From: Candidatus Poseidoniaceae archaeon | GTDB lineage: Archaea; Thermoplasmatota; Poseidoniia; Poseidoniales; Poseidoniaceae | Assembly (NCBI GenBank): GCA_943788295.1 | Contig: CALSPS010000002.1 | Span: 187,352 to 251,351, forward strand | Direction: 5' to 3' | Length of the DNA: 64,000 bases | In this document: positions 46,216 to 55,121 of the stretch, in pieces | How the letters are laid out: each line of letters starts with the position of its first letter | Position numbering within the stretch: the first letter of the stretch is position 1 | Notes under the pieces: generated by a model | Told to the model about the DNA's origin: nothing | Databases searched by the model: none | Seen by the model: the letters and a program-made list of their open reading frames with translations, nothing else | Made by a program: the position numbers and the translations under genes

Positions 46216-47382
46216 TCACTCGACGTGGCGAAGACTTTGTTCTTCTGCGATGTACTTAGGTCGGTAAAGCGGGGTGCCTTTCCCGTTTCGCATAACGCTG
46301 CGTTCATCGACAATTTGAGCGCCGATTCCAGCCACTCGAGCCCAGCCAAAGAAGGTGGTGTAGTAGGTCGGGTCGGTCAATCCAATGTGGTGCAACAATG
46401 CTCCACTTGCAATGTCGACATTGGCGTTAGGATTGCTGATTTTAGGATTCTCAGAGAGAACCCGTGGCGCAACCTCTCTGAGCGTTTTGATGATTTTGAA
46501 GTTCTCATCTTCAGGGCAGATTTCTTCTCCCAAAGCAAACTGAGCGGTTGCTCTTGGGTCTTCAGTGCGGAGAACAGCGTGACCGAAACCAAACACGGGT
46601 CGCTTGGCAGCGAGTTCAGCGCGTACGAAGGCCTCCACTTTCGCAGCATCACTGGTGCCAACACGCAGGACAAATTCCAGACAGGACTGGTTTGCCCGTC
46701 CGTGCAATGGCCCGGAAAGGGCGTTCATAGCACCTGCCATAGCAGAATAGATGGTTGCGTGACCAGAGGCAATCGCTTTGCCGGTGAAGGTCGAGAGATT
46801 GCCGCCACCATGATCCATGTGCAACACGAGGTAAGTGGAAATCACTCGGGTCATTTTCTCCTTGTCGATTCCATCCAAATCAAGCGTGTTGACAAACCTG
46901 TCAACAAGCGAGGCGTCTGGGTCATCAGCGGGGATGTTTTCTGTTCGCCCTTCTCGGATTCGGAAGACTAAGCCCATGAGCCGAGGCATTCGAGCGATGA
47001 GGTTCATGGCGTCAGAGCGCCAATCATTGGTGGTTTCAATCATACCAAGGGCGTGAATGCCAACGCTTAGCCAGTCCATTGGGTGACCGGTGGTGGGAAG
47101 CGCATGGAGCACGGATTCAAGGTCGCCAGGGATTGTTGCTCTCTGTGCTAATTCACTTCGAATCTGGGCGGATTGCTCCGAGGTTGGAAGTTCCTTATTG
47201 AATAGGAGGTAAATGATGTCCTCCGGGGCAAATGCGGCCAGCTCCGTGATGGGATAGCCACAATAGTGGACCCCTTCGCTCGGGGTTACGAATGAGGTTC
47301 GACAGGTTCCGACCGGCACGCCTCGCATACCCGTGTTTAGGTGGTCAGAGGTGACTTCAAGCAAGACGTCCTTATCGCTCAT
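46216..47382 (-). CDS. Citrate synthase
   Basis: GFGHAVLRTEDPRA matches the citrate synthase signature (GFGHRVYK.DPRA). The length and HAxxxxxLS motifs fit, and a TTTATA box lies ~36 bp upstream. Confidence 0.85.
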   Translation of the reverse strand: MSDKDVLLEVTSDHLNTGMRGVPVGTCRTSFVTPSEGVHYCGYPITELAAFAPEDIIYLLFNKELPTSEQSAQIRSELAQRATIPGDLESVLHALPTTGHPMDWLSVGIHALGMIETTNDWRSDAMNLIARMPRLMGLVFRIREGRTENIPADDPDASLVDRFVNTLDLDGIDKEKMTRVISTYLVLHMDHGGGNLSTFTGKAIASGHATIYSAMAGAMNALSGPLHGRANQSCLEFVLRVGTSDAAKVEAFVRAELAAKRPVFGFGHAVLRTEDPRATAQFALGEEICPEDENFKIIKTLREVAPRVLSENPKISNPNANVDIASGALLHHIGLTDPTYYTTFFGWARVAGIGAQIVDERSVMRNGKGTPLYRPKYIAEEQSLRHVE

Positions 47383-47497
47383 TTATGGTCCACCGTGCCC
47401 CTCCACCGAGGCTTCTCGTATAAAGACGGCTGCTCCGTCTTTCAATCACGTTCGTTAAGGTGTGATTTCCAACACTTACTTCAGAAAAAGCAAGTGT

Positions 47498-47968
47498 TCA
47501 TTTTCGCCGATTCAAAGGCGGCCAGTTACGAAATCCCTTTGTGGACTCACGGTCAGCAAAGACGTGGATTCGAATGGCCTCGCCATCAATCACGATCGCA
47601 TCTTCGGCAGTGAGGCCTGGGCACTCTTCTTTGACTTCCTTCCATGACCGCTCGGTCGCCAAATTCTCGGACCACCATGGGAAGGCTGCACATTGTTGAG
47701 GGCGCACTTCGTAAATTGAGCAACGCTTTTCACCGTCAAGAAAAATGCACACATCATCGCTCGGTCGGCTTTGGAGGACATAGCGGCCATCCAGTGTTTT
47801 ACGGCAATCCCTCTCGAGCCATGCCTCCACCTCCATTTCATGGTGCAAAGCGATGCGTTCAGCATCTCGAATGGAGAGGTAGACAATCCCTCCTGGCTGA
47901 TCACAGCACCTGCCACAATTCGTCTGGCAGGAAAAGGGCACTCCGCCCATCCACCATGCGGCTTTCAT
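47498..47968 (-). CDS. YkgJ-family (UPF0153) zinc/iron-sulfur-binding protein
   Basis: CQTNCGRCCDQ is a CxxCGxCC motif, with a downstream Cys (CIFLDGEKRCSIYEVRPQQC). It overlaps the upstream gene by 4 nt. Confidence 0.55.
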   Translation of the reverse strand: MKAAWWMGGVPFSCQTNCGRCCDQPGGIVYLSIRDAERIALHHEMEVEAWLERDCRKTLDGRYVLQSRPSDDVCIFLDGEKRCSIYEVRPQQCAAFPWWSENLATERSWKEVKEECPGLTAEDAIVIDGEAIRIHVFADRESTKGFRNWPPLNRRK

Positions 47969-50025
47969 TCCTCTTCACCTTGAGCGCTCGAGGGAACAGC
48001 GTGAAGAGTAGCCAGTTTGATTGTACGGTGTTGTTCTGGGGTGTCTTCAAGCAGGTCCATCATGTCAATGTTCGCTGCATCAACGTCCCATTCACCTTCC
48101 GGTACGAAACTGTCCAGATCAGCCACTGGGTCTGAACGAGGGGTGCTTTTCTTTCTTCGACCGATGGTTCGCTTTTTCTTCACTTCGTCTTCCGTAAACG
48201 GAGGCAGTGGTTCTCGATCTGGATCGATCTCGACAAGTTGCTCTTCCAAATGCCTCAAATCATCAGCAATCTGAATCAACTCCTCGATTGACGCACCTGA
48301 TGTTTGTTCTGCCAAGGCCATCATTTTGTTTTCAAGGTCTTCAAGTTGAATCGAACTTTGCGCAAAGGCTTGTTCAAACGAACCGATTTGTTGGTCGATG
48401 CTCTCATCTAAATCTGTTAAAATTTCGGCAGCGGTTCCATAGTCTTGCTCTTCAATCCGACCGGTTCGTGCCACAAGATGCTCTTCTCGTTCGTGGAGAT
48501 CAAGGACGGAGGGGACTTTCAAATCCAAATCACGAAGTGCCGTTTTCATGTACGCTTCATGCCGAGATTGAGCGTTTTTTGCCATGGCTTGTGTGTCGAA
48601 TTCGGGGGGCGTGTAATCGTCTTCGCCAATGATTGGAAGCGTGGTGTGGATGTCAATTCCACCGATAGTATCATCGCTGTAAACAACATCAATGGCCTCA
48701 GCAATCAAGGTCGTCGCAATATCAGAAACGCGTTCTCTTTGGACGCTTGGCGCCGGATGTTGAGAGCGCACAGGTTCGCCCATCAAGACAGCAGCCACAT
48801 CGTCGCCATCAAGCAAATCTTGACCAGAACTGATGGCCAATGCTACCAAATCCAAATTGGCTTTAGTGGACCGCCACCCTCCTCCTTGGTGCAGGACAAT
48901 GCTTGCGAGTTGTCCATCGTCAAGCATCAGGCTTCGCTTGAGTGCAAGTTGCCTCGCATAGAGCACCATGCTGGTTGGTTTTGGGGCTTGAATGCGAACT
49001 GCAGCAGCGTTCTTGACCAAATCCCACAGTCTTGAAGCTGGCCAACGCTCTGGCTCAATGGTTGTGCTTAGCACGACATGAACGCCCATGTTGAGGGCGT
49101 AGTCAACCATTGTACCCAGCAGGGAAGCTGCTGTTGGATGGTCGGCCATAAGATGAGCATCATCGATCGCTAAAAGACGAGCTTGGGCGATTGCTTCCTG
49201 CCATCCTGCCGGCAGTTGGTCCAAGTGTTGTATGTCAGCAGAACCGAGCAGAAACACATCACCCTCTTGACGCCGAAGTATGCCTTGAGCGATGGCATGA
49301 AGCAAGTGGGACCGGCCAGTTTCATTCGGGCCTACCACGAGCAACGGGTTGAGTGACATGCCGGGGGAATCAACAACGGCTTCTGCTGCTTGAGTGGCTC
49401 TGAGGTTCTCTTCAACGGTGAACCATTGCTTGAAACTCATCTGTGATTCGGGCCGCAGTTTGATTGGCCATGGTGCATCAACCGGAGCGAGGGTAGCGTG
49501 ATGGTAAGCCGTGTTCACCTCGGGTGTGGCAAGGGCGTTCGGGAGTTCGTGAATGGTTCTCCCTCGTTGATCATCGAGGACGCTTGACCAAACAGGACGA
49601 CCGTCCATTTCCATTCCAACAAAAAAATCATCCTCGTCAACCGGGGCCCTTTGTTCATCAAACCGTTCTGCTGTCCGTTGCCTCAGTGTACGAAGACGAG
49701 ATGCCACAATCGAGGCAAGTGAGTCATCATCCTCGTTGAGCTGGAGGGCTGGTTGGTGGACTTTACTCCCTTTGCCAAGAACCGCATCGGCGATGATGTC
49801 GTAGGTTGGGCGCTCGACAACACCAACACGTTGCAACAAAGAGCCACTGCGTGAATCGGGCACTGCTTGCTTACCAAGCAAGCGGTTTAATCGTGATTTA
49901 GGCCGCTTTTGTGGTGCTTCGCTTGGCACCTTTTCAGCAGGAAGTTTGGTTTGTGCTCCCACTTCAGCAAGTCCTTTCTTGGCTTGAGCAATGGCGAAGT
50001 TGAGGTCTTCATTTCGCGAACTCAT
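47965..50025 (-). CDS. DnaA-homologous AAA+ protein (Hda/DnaA domain III-like) with degenerate Walker A, long N-terminal region and acidic coiled-coil C-terminus; no DnaA domain IV
   Basis: Residues 200-370 align motif-by-motif to DnaA domain III. FTVEENLRATQAAEAVVDSPGMSLNPLLVVGPNETGRSHLLHAIAQ compares with F..F..G.SN..A.AAA.AV...PG..[21 protein letters not shown]. Walker B is LLAIDDAHL (LLIDDIQFL), sensor I HVVLSTT (IVLTSD), and box VIII-like RIQAPKPTSMVLYARQ. The Walker-A Lys is replaced by Arg (GPNETGRS, 49309..49332). Confidence 0.6.
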   Translation of the reverse strand: MSSRNEDLNFAIAQAKKGLAEVGAQTKLPAEKVPSEAPQKRPKSRLNRLLGKQAVPDSRSGSLLQRVGVVERPTYDIIADAVLGKGSKVHQPALQLNEDDDSLASIVASRLRTLRQRTAERFDEQRAPVDEDDFFVGMEMDGRPVWSSVLDDQRGRTIHELPNALATPEVNTAYHHATLAPVDAPWPIKLRPESQMSFKQWFTVEENLRATQAAEAVVDSPGMSLNPLLVVGPNETGRSHLLHAIAQGILRRQEGDVFLLGSADIQHLDQLPAGWQEAIAQARLLAIDDAHLMADHPTAASLLGTMVDYALNMGVHVVLSTTIEPERWPASRLWDLVKNAAAVRIQAPKPTSMVLYARQLALKRSLMLDDGQLASIVLHQGGGWRSTKANLDLVALAISSGQDLLDGDDVAAVLMGEPVRSQHPAPSVQRERVSDIATTLIAEAIDVVYSDDTIGGIDIHTTLPIIGEDDYTPPEFDTQAMAKNAQSRHEAYMKTALRDLDLKVPSVLDLHEREEHLVARTGRIEEQDYGTAAEILTDLDESIDQQIGSFEQAFAQSSIQLEDLENKMMALAEQTSGASIEELIQIADDLRHLEEQLVEIDPDREPLPPFTEDEVKKKRTIGRRKKSTPRSDPVADLDSFVPEGEWDVDAANIDMMDLLEDTPEQHRTIKLATLHAVPSSAQGEEE

Positions 50026-51965
50026 GCTCCACCCTCCCTTTCTTTCCGCAGTCGCTCAAGATCTTCAATCTCCCAAGAACTCAATGAATCTTCAATAGAC
50101 GGAGGAGCCTGTTCACTCGAGGCGATTTCTCTTGGCAACTGTTTTGGTTGTGCTTCTGCCTCAACCCCGGGTCGGGCAGAAAGAGGTGTTAGCGCTGTTG
50201 AAGCGTTTGTTGGTTGTTTATTCTTAATCGCCTCGATTGGACTGGGCTGACTCTTGATGGATGGAAGGCTATGCTGGCGAGTTGAGGCATGCTGTTGGGC
50301 TGCGTCGCGAAGCGATCGACCATTGAATTTCCTTGGCTGGAATGTTTTGTTCACTGCAGCTTCTTGCCGTGCTTCATAGGTTGCTAACTGATGGGACAGT
50401 GCAACGGATGCTCGATGTGAGGTGGGTGGCTTGAATTCGGGTGAAGATTCAGGGGCATGGGCCACAGCAGCCTGGGTTTGGAATTGCGAATGCTGAGCGG
50501 CAGGTGCGTTCTTCTTCTTCCTTCTTTGAATCCGTTGTGGGGTTCTTGGTCCGCTAGGTTTGGTCGGTTGTTTGGCGATGGGGGTTGGCTCGGGCATCGC
50601 TTGAGGCTCAGGAGTTTGCGCTTCCCTGACTTTGGATTCAACAGGAGTCTGTATTGATGTTGGAATCTGCTGATCGATTTGAACTTCAGCTGGTTGAGCC
50701 ACTTCGGCCACGGTCATTGGCTCATTTGGAGGGGAGGGCCTTGGTTGTTGATCTTCAGCCCATGCTTGGATTTGTCCCTCTAATGCTGCAGTGGCTTGTT
50801 GACGTTCCTCGCTTGTCAACGGTTCTTCACCACCGATCATTGTCATCTCGCCTGCCTCTGAAGTTTGGACAGGTGAATGCTCAATGGCACGTTTCAACTG
50901 CTGTTCGATCCATTGACGTTCATCATCTGTTGGAGGGGCACACAACGGATGGTCTAGAAGAAGTTCTGGATCAAGCAGCCATTGTTCAACATCGCTTTGT
51001 TGAATCATCGAAAAGCACCGCTCTAAGCGGTGACGGGGTTCAAGTTCAAAGGCGTTCAAATCTGCAGTGGTAAGGAGCACATGATCATCCATTCGAACAC
51101 CGTCGACTGCGTCTCGCAGAAAATCGATTGTCGGCCCGTCACCGTTCATTCCAGCAAGGTATTCCACGCCTTCAAGAACGACCACAGCGCGCATGTTTTC
51201 CCATAAAAAAGCGTCAATTTTAGCCCTGACCTCTTGGAGTGTTGGTTGAATAGCCCGTGGATGGTTGCCTGTGCTGAGCCAATGGCATGCAGAAACTGGT
51301 AGGCCATGTTCGACGCTCAGCGAATCCACATCGTGTCGAGAGAGAACGAGCACGGGCCGCCCATGGTTCGCTAGGTGGCCTGCAAGGGTGAACACCTCAG
51401 ATGGGTCCAATGCATCGAGCATCAAAGCATCACCAGGATGGATCATTTTCTCGCTGCCTTGGTGCCGCCCCATGTAGGCTTGACTTCGTTGTTTGATCGC
51501 TTCGGGCGCATCCACAGTGACCTCGAGTTCAGGCAACCGTTCTTCGCGCCGCCAGCTGCCTTTTCGCAGGGTGACGTTTGACCACCACCGTTCGTCGACC
51601 AAGGGCTCGGCGGATGCCGCTTCCAAATGTAAAAAAGCGGTCGGATAAAGCGTTGAAACCCGTTGGGCTTCAGCAGCAGATAACTCGTGAACTGCGAGCA
51701 GAGTTTCCATTGGCATTGCATCATTTTCGATTTCCAGCAAAGCCTCGAGCCCAAACAGAAGAGCATCTGATTCGTGCATCGCCAACACGGGATGGCCTTC
51801 GATGAACAACACTTGGCCGATCCTTGGCATAGCATCCTTTGGTTTGCGTTCCGTTCGGATGTAGCCGGTCGTGGTGAGGCGTGCCATGTCCGAAGACAAA
51901 ATCCGCAAGGCATTGGGGTCGCCACGGCGTACTTCCGTGACATCTCCCTGCGGCAATTCGGTCAT
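50022..51965 (-). CDS. DUF835-like domain protein with long Pro/Gln/Ala-rich low-complexity C-terminal half
   Basis: The central region (aa ~180-315, nt 51020..51428) GRPVLVLSRHD...WLS...AIQPTLQEVRAKIDAFLWENMRAVVVLEGVEYLAGMNGDGPTIDFLRDAVDGVRMDDHVLLTTADLNAFE matches, from memory, the archaeal DUF835 pattern (LxxLxxIxxFxxxxxxxVVLLDGLEYLIxxNGFxxVLKFL). Assigned from memory only. It overlaps the downstream DnaA-like gene by 4 nt. Confidence 0.4.
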   Translation of the reverse strand: MTELPQGDVTEVRRGDPNALRILSSDMARLTTTGYIRTERKPKDAMPRIGQVLFIEGHPVLAMHESDALLFGLEALLEIENDAMPMETLLAVHELSAAEAQRVSTLYPTAFLHLEAASAEPLVDERWWSNVTLRKGSWRREERLPELEVTVDAPEAIKQRSQAYMGRHQGSEKMIHPGDALMLDALDPSEVFTLAGHLANHGRPVLVLSRHDVDSLSVEHGLPVSACHWLSTGNHPRAIQPTLQEVRAKIDAFLWENMRAVVVLEGVEYLAGMNGDGPTIDFLRDAVDGVRMDDHVLLTTADLNAFELEPRHRLERCFSMIQQSDVEQWLLDPELLLDHPLCAPPTDDERQWIEQQLKRAIEHSPVQTSEAGEMTMIGGEEPLTSEERQQATAALEGQIQAWAEDQQPRPSPPNEPMTVAEVAQPAEVQIDQQIPTSIQTPVESKVREAQTPEPQAMPEPTPIAKQPTKPSGPRTPQRIQRRKKKNAPAAQHSQFQTQAAVAHAPESSPEFKPPTSHRASVALSHQLATYEARQEAAVNKTFQPRKFNGRSLRDAAQQHASTRQHSLPSIKSQPSPIEAIKNKQPTNASTALTPLSARPGVEAEAQPKQLPREIASSEQAPPSIEDSLSSWEIEDLERLRKEREGGA

Positions 51966-51971
51966 TCTTCC

Positions 51972-51988
51972 ACACCCCTACGGGGTGT
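51972..51988. promoter_or_regulatory. Perfect 7-bp-stem palindrome immediately upstream of the DUF835-like operon
   Basis: acacccc-tac-ggggtgt lies 7 nt upstream of the operon's first start codon (51965), in the divergent gap to the DUF309 gene. Confidence 0.25.
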
Positions 51989-52000
51989 AAGCCTGCTGAA

Positions 52001-52486
52001 GTGTTCTTGAAGGGTCCGCTTGATTTTCCTCGCCGACAGCGGTTTGAAGCAAGAACGCCTCGGGCCGTCATGGACGGAGAGCATTCGAGGCAATCGATTG
52101 CACCGCTTCAAGGGTCAGAGCTCGAATTGTGGTTAGCTGGACTCGAGGATTTTGATCAAAAAAGATACTGGCACGCTCATGAAGACTGGGAGGATTTGTG
52201 GAACGCTCACAAGCGTAGGCAGGCACCTCAATCTGAAATTTTATTTGTACAAGGCATGATTCAAACAGCCGCCTTGTTGTTGAATCACGAGCGTCAGAAA
52301 ACCCGAGGCGTGAAGAATTTACAACTCAAGGTCAACACAAAGTTGGGTTCGTGGTCTTGTGTTTGGGGCATTGATGTGGCCCAGCATGTTCAATCGATGA
52401 ATACCTTTGCTGCGGATGCGGACATCTGGTCGCTTGATGCGCAAGCGTACGAACTGCCTCGTTGTGGGCGTGAAGTTCAAGCCTAA
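52001..52486 (+). CDS. DUF309-domain protein
   Basis: YWHAHEDWEDLW...FVQGMIQTAALLLNHERQKTRG resembles the DUF309 core (yfeaHEvlEelW ... qGLIqlAvalyH..rgN.rGA). The likely start is MDGEHS at 52070. Confidence 0.45.
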   Translation: MFLKGPLDFPRRQRFEARTPRAVMDGEHSRQSIAPLQGSELELWLAGLEDFDQKRYWHAHEDWEDLWNAHKRRQAPQSEILFVQGMIQTAALLLNHERQKTRGVKNLQLKVNTKLGSWSCVWGIDVAQHVQSMNTFAADADIWSLDAQAYELPRCGREVQA

Positions 52487-52504
52487 GCGCCTCATCCCTC
52501 TTTC

Positions 52505-53152
52505 ATGGAGGAAGTCAATCCCTTGCCAGCGGGCATGCGTAGATTCAACGAATTGGATCTTGCCCGTCCTTTTTTCCTCCGTTTTTGCGGTGCATCGAGT
52601 GCGATTGTGCTTGGCTTCTTTTTCTTGGCTTGGTTTGTGTTCTCCGCAACAAACTCACCGTTAGTGGCCTTGGTTTCGTTGCTTCCATCGCTACCGCTTG
52701 TGTGGTGGCTTTACCAGTCGACCAGTCTGCTTCACGTCCCCTTGGCAGTGGATTTGAATCATCCATTCATGAAGGGTGATCCGATGGGTAAATCAGTGGT
52801 GATGATTCAAATGGTCGATGGTTCATGGATTGATTTAGGCAATGGGCGGGTCCGCCTAGCAGAGGATGATTTGCTTGATGGATGCAATCTTGTGCGGGAC
52901 AACGATGATTACACTCATGTTGGGCATTTCAGTCGACACCCAATGACTCACAGAGGCATCAAAAAACAGGTTGTCATTCTGAATCAAGCCATGGCCCTCC
53001 GCGACGCAGTCAACGGTGAAGAGGATACCATCGAAGAGGCACGACGGCGTGAGCGCTTGGACACGGGCCTTTTGGATCGCTCTTGGATGGAAGAAGAAAC
53101 TGAAATTGAAATCGATCCTGATGGTATTATCAGCAAATTCCGTGGTGAGTAA
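52505..53152 (+). CDS. Hypothetical membrane protein
   Basis: Two N-terminal TM helices (SSAIVLGFFFLAWFVF, LVALVSLLPSLPLVWWL), then a soluble acidic C-terminal domain. Confidence 0.35.
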   Translation: MEEVNPLPAGMRRFNELDLARPFFLRFCGASSAIVLGFFFLAWFVFSATNSPLVALVSLLPSLPLVWWLYQSTSLLHVPLAVDLNHPFMKGDPMGKSVVMIQMVDGSWIDLGNGRVRLAEDDLLDGCNLVRDNDDYTHVGHFSRHPMTHRGIKKQVVILNQAMALRDAVNGEEDTIEEARRRERLDTGLLDRSWMEEETEIEIDPDGIISKFRGE

Positions 53153-53214
53153 ACCCTCCATTCTTGCGTCGTTCGACCCTGCCCCTTCAAAACCAAGAGG
53201 TATGACGCTTATGT

Positions 53215-53829
53215 GTGAATGCACCATCGAGATGGGGCCACCGGCTCGAGCAGTTGAGCGGTCCTGAGCAGGAAACTCTGCTTGGAACTTCTCTTTCCCG
53301 TCGCTTCACCATGTTGCCACTCTGGCTTTCACACCCCGCTAACATTGGCGCCTTTTACGGACTTTTGATTTCCTTCGCCCTGATTTTACCTTACAGGTTT
53401 GCAGGTGAAGACAACAGTTCATGGTTGCCGAATTGGGTGTTTCATGCATCGTTGTTGATCGTGGCATGCTTGCTGCTTGGTTTGGCATCACTCTTGCTGA
53501 TTCACTGGTCCAAGCGCTTTCCAGTGGCACCTCCACGTGTCGTTCTTTACCCCATGCCATTCGTTGGGTTGGCCCTCTTGACGCTCACTCGCACTGACAT
53601 CATCCAAGCCCCAACACTGCTTGTTTGGTGTTTGTTGTTGTTACCAGGCCCGATGTATGTCCACCTCTCATGGGCACCTCGTTGGCGTTTGTTGTGCATG
53701 CTCGAAGATGGAAAGGATCCTTTCATCGGCATGGAGTCGAAAGAACCTGAACCTCTAGAAGATGCAGCAACCCTTGCTGGGGACGATGAAGATTTACTTT
53801 CGGTCGTCGAAGAATACGCTGAGGAATGA
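53215..53829 (+). CDS. Hypothetical polytopic membrane protein
   Basis: About four TM helices and an acidic C-terminal tail. The likely start is MLPLWLS at 53311. Confidence 0.35.
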   Translation: MNAPSRWGHRLEQLSGPEQETLLGTSLSRRFTMLPLWLSHPANIGAFYGLLISFALILPYRFAGEDNSSWLPNWVFHASLLIVACLLLGLASLLLIHWSKRFPVAPPRVVLYPMPFVGLALLTLTRTDIIQAPTLLVWCLLLLPGPMYVHLSWAPRWRLLCMLEDGKDPFIGMESKEPEPLEDAATLAGDDEDLLSVVEEYAEE

Positions 53830-53830
53830 C

Positions 53831-55051
53831 TCAGATCAGGCCAAGCGTTGGTCCAACTTTTTCGAACAAGCGAAGCACTTCATCCAAGTCATCACGAGAA
53901 AGGCCGGCAGACATTTGTGTTCTGATCCGAGCCTTGTCACGAGCCACCATCGGGAATACGATTGCTCCAGCCATGACCCCTTCCTCGCCGAGCGCTCTTG
54001 TCATGGCCTTTGCAACACTTGAATCTCCACACATCACTGGTATGATCGGCGTGACAGATGAACCGGTATCGAAGCCGAGTGATTGCAATTCCTTTCTGAA
54101 ATAATTGGTGTTTTCCCACAACTTGGCATGGTGTTCGGGCTCTTCCATCAGGACCTCAACAGCCGCTTTTTGTGCGGCTGCGACGCCTGGCGGTTGTGAA
54201 CCGGAAAGCAACCATGAGCGCGAGTGATTCAATGCATGGGTTCGGGTCATTTCCGTACCTGCAAGAATACCTCCTTGAACACCAAGGGCCTTTGAGAATG
54301 AACCAGTTTCAAAGTCCACTTTTCCTTGAAGATTGAATTGAGCAACAATGCCCGCTCCTTTTTCCCCAAGAACCCCTTCTCCATGGCAATCATCAACATA
54401 GACCATAGCCCCGTATTCCTCTGCTAACGCTGTGACTTCATCGAGGGGAGCAATGTCGCCATCCATAGAAAACACACCATCGGTAATGATCAACTTCCGT
54501 TTTGCATCGTCGTGTGCTTTGAGGACAGCTTCAAGTTCTCCCATGTCATTGTGTGCATACACACCTCGACTGGCTTTCGTCAGGCGAACACCATCGATGA
54601 TGGACCCGTGATTCAGTTCATCACTGATGATCACATCTTGAGGGCCGGTGACAAGGGTAGGGATCAATCCTACGTTGACCGTGTATCCTGCCGAATAAAT
54701 CAAAGAGGCTTCAACGCCCTTGAATTCAGCAACTTTTCGTTCTGCCTCAAGGTGGATGTCCATGGTGCCTGCAATCGCACGAACGCTTCCGCTCCCTGCT
54801 CCATATTTTTCAGTGGCTTCAAGCATGGCTTGCTTGACCTTTGGATGGGTGGTGAGGTTGAGGTAATTGTTGGCCGAAAGCATGATCGTTGGTTTTCCAT
54901 CCATCCGACATCGAGGCTGATTTGGACTTTCCAATGTTGGCGGCTCCCACAACAGTGATTTGTCTGACAGTTCATCATAACGGGCTTTCATCCAAGACAT
55001 ATCACCGGGCATAGCATCGCCTCCGCCCGATGCGAACGAATCCAGATTCAA
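53831..55051 (-). CDS. kbl: Glycine C-acetyltransferase / 2-amino-3-ketobutyrate CoA ligase (AONS/KBL family)
   Basis: Colinear with E. coli Kbl from memory: NNYLNLTTHP (NNYLGLANHP), FSMDGDIAPL, DDCHGEG, TGSFSKALG (PLP Lys), and C-terminal ARIRTQMSAGLSRDDLDEV (QARIRTQMSAAHTPEQI). BioF is not fully excluded. Start uncertain (55051-54991). Confidence 0.75.
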   Translation of the reverse strand: MNLDSFASGGGDAMPGDMSWMKARYDELSDKSLLWEPPTLESPNQPRCRMDGKPTIMLSANNYLNLTTHPKVKQAMLEATEKYGAGSGSVRAIAGTMDIHLEAERKVAEFKGVEASLIYSAGYTVNVGLIPTLVTGPQDVIISDELNHGSIIDGVRLTKASRGVYAHNDMGELEAVLKAHDDAKRKLIITDGVFSMDGDIAPLDEVTALAEEYGAMVYVDDCHGEGVLGEKGAGIVAQFNLQGKVDFETGSFSKALGVQGGILAGTEMTRTHALNHSRSWLLSGSQPPGVAAAQKAAVEVLMEEPEHHAKLWENTNYFRKELQSLGFDTGSSVTPIIPVMCGDSSVAKAMTRALGEEGVMAGAIVFPMVARDKARIRTQMSAGLSRDDLDEVLRLFEKVGPTLGLI

Positions 55052-55121
55052 GTTCCTTTGGGAAGAACATTCTCGCCTCGTATGTTCGAACCATGCACCT
55101 CAAAAGGGAGGCGTCCGTCCC

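Noticed and set aside
46225-46971. 248-aa plus-strand ORF antisense to citrate synthase
   Set aside because: Citrate synthase signature on the opposite strand; the antisense frame has no conserved features.
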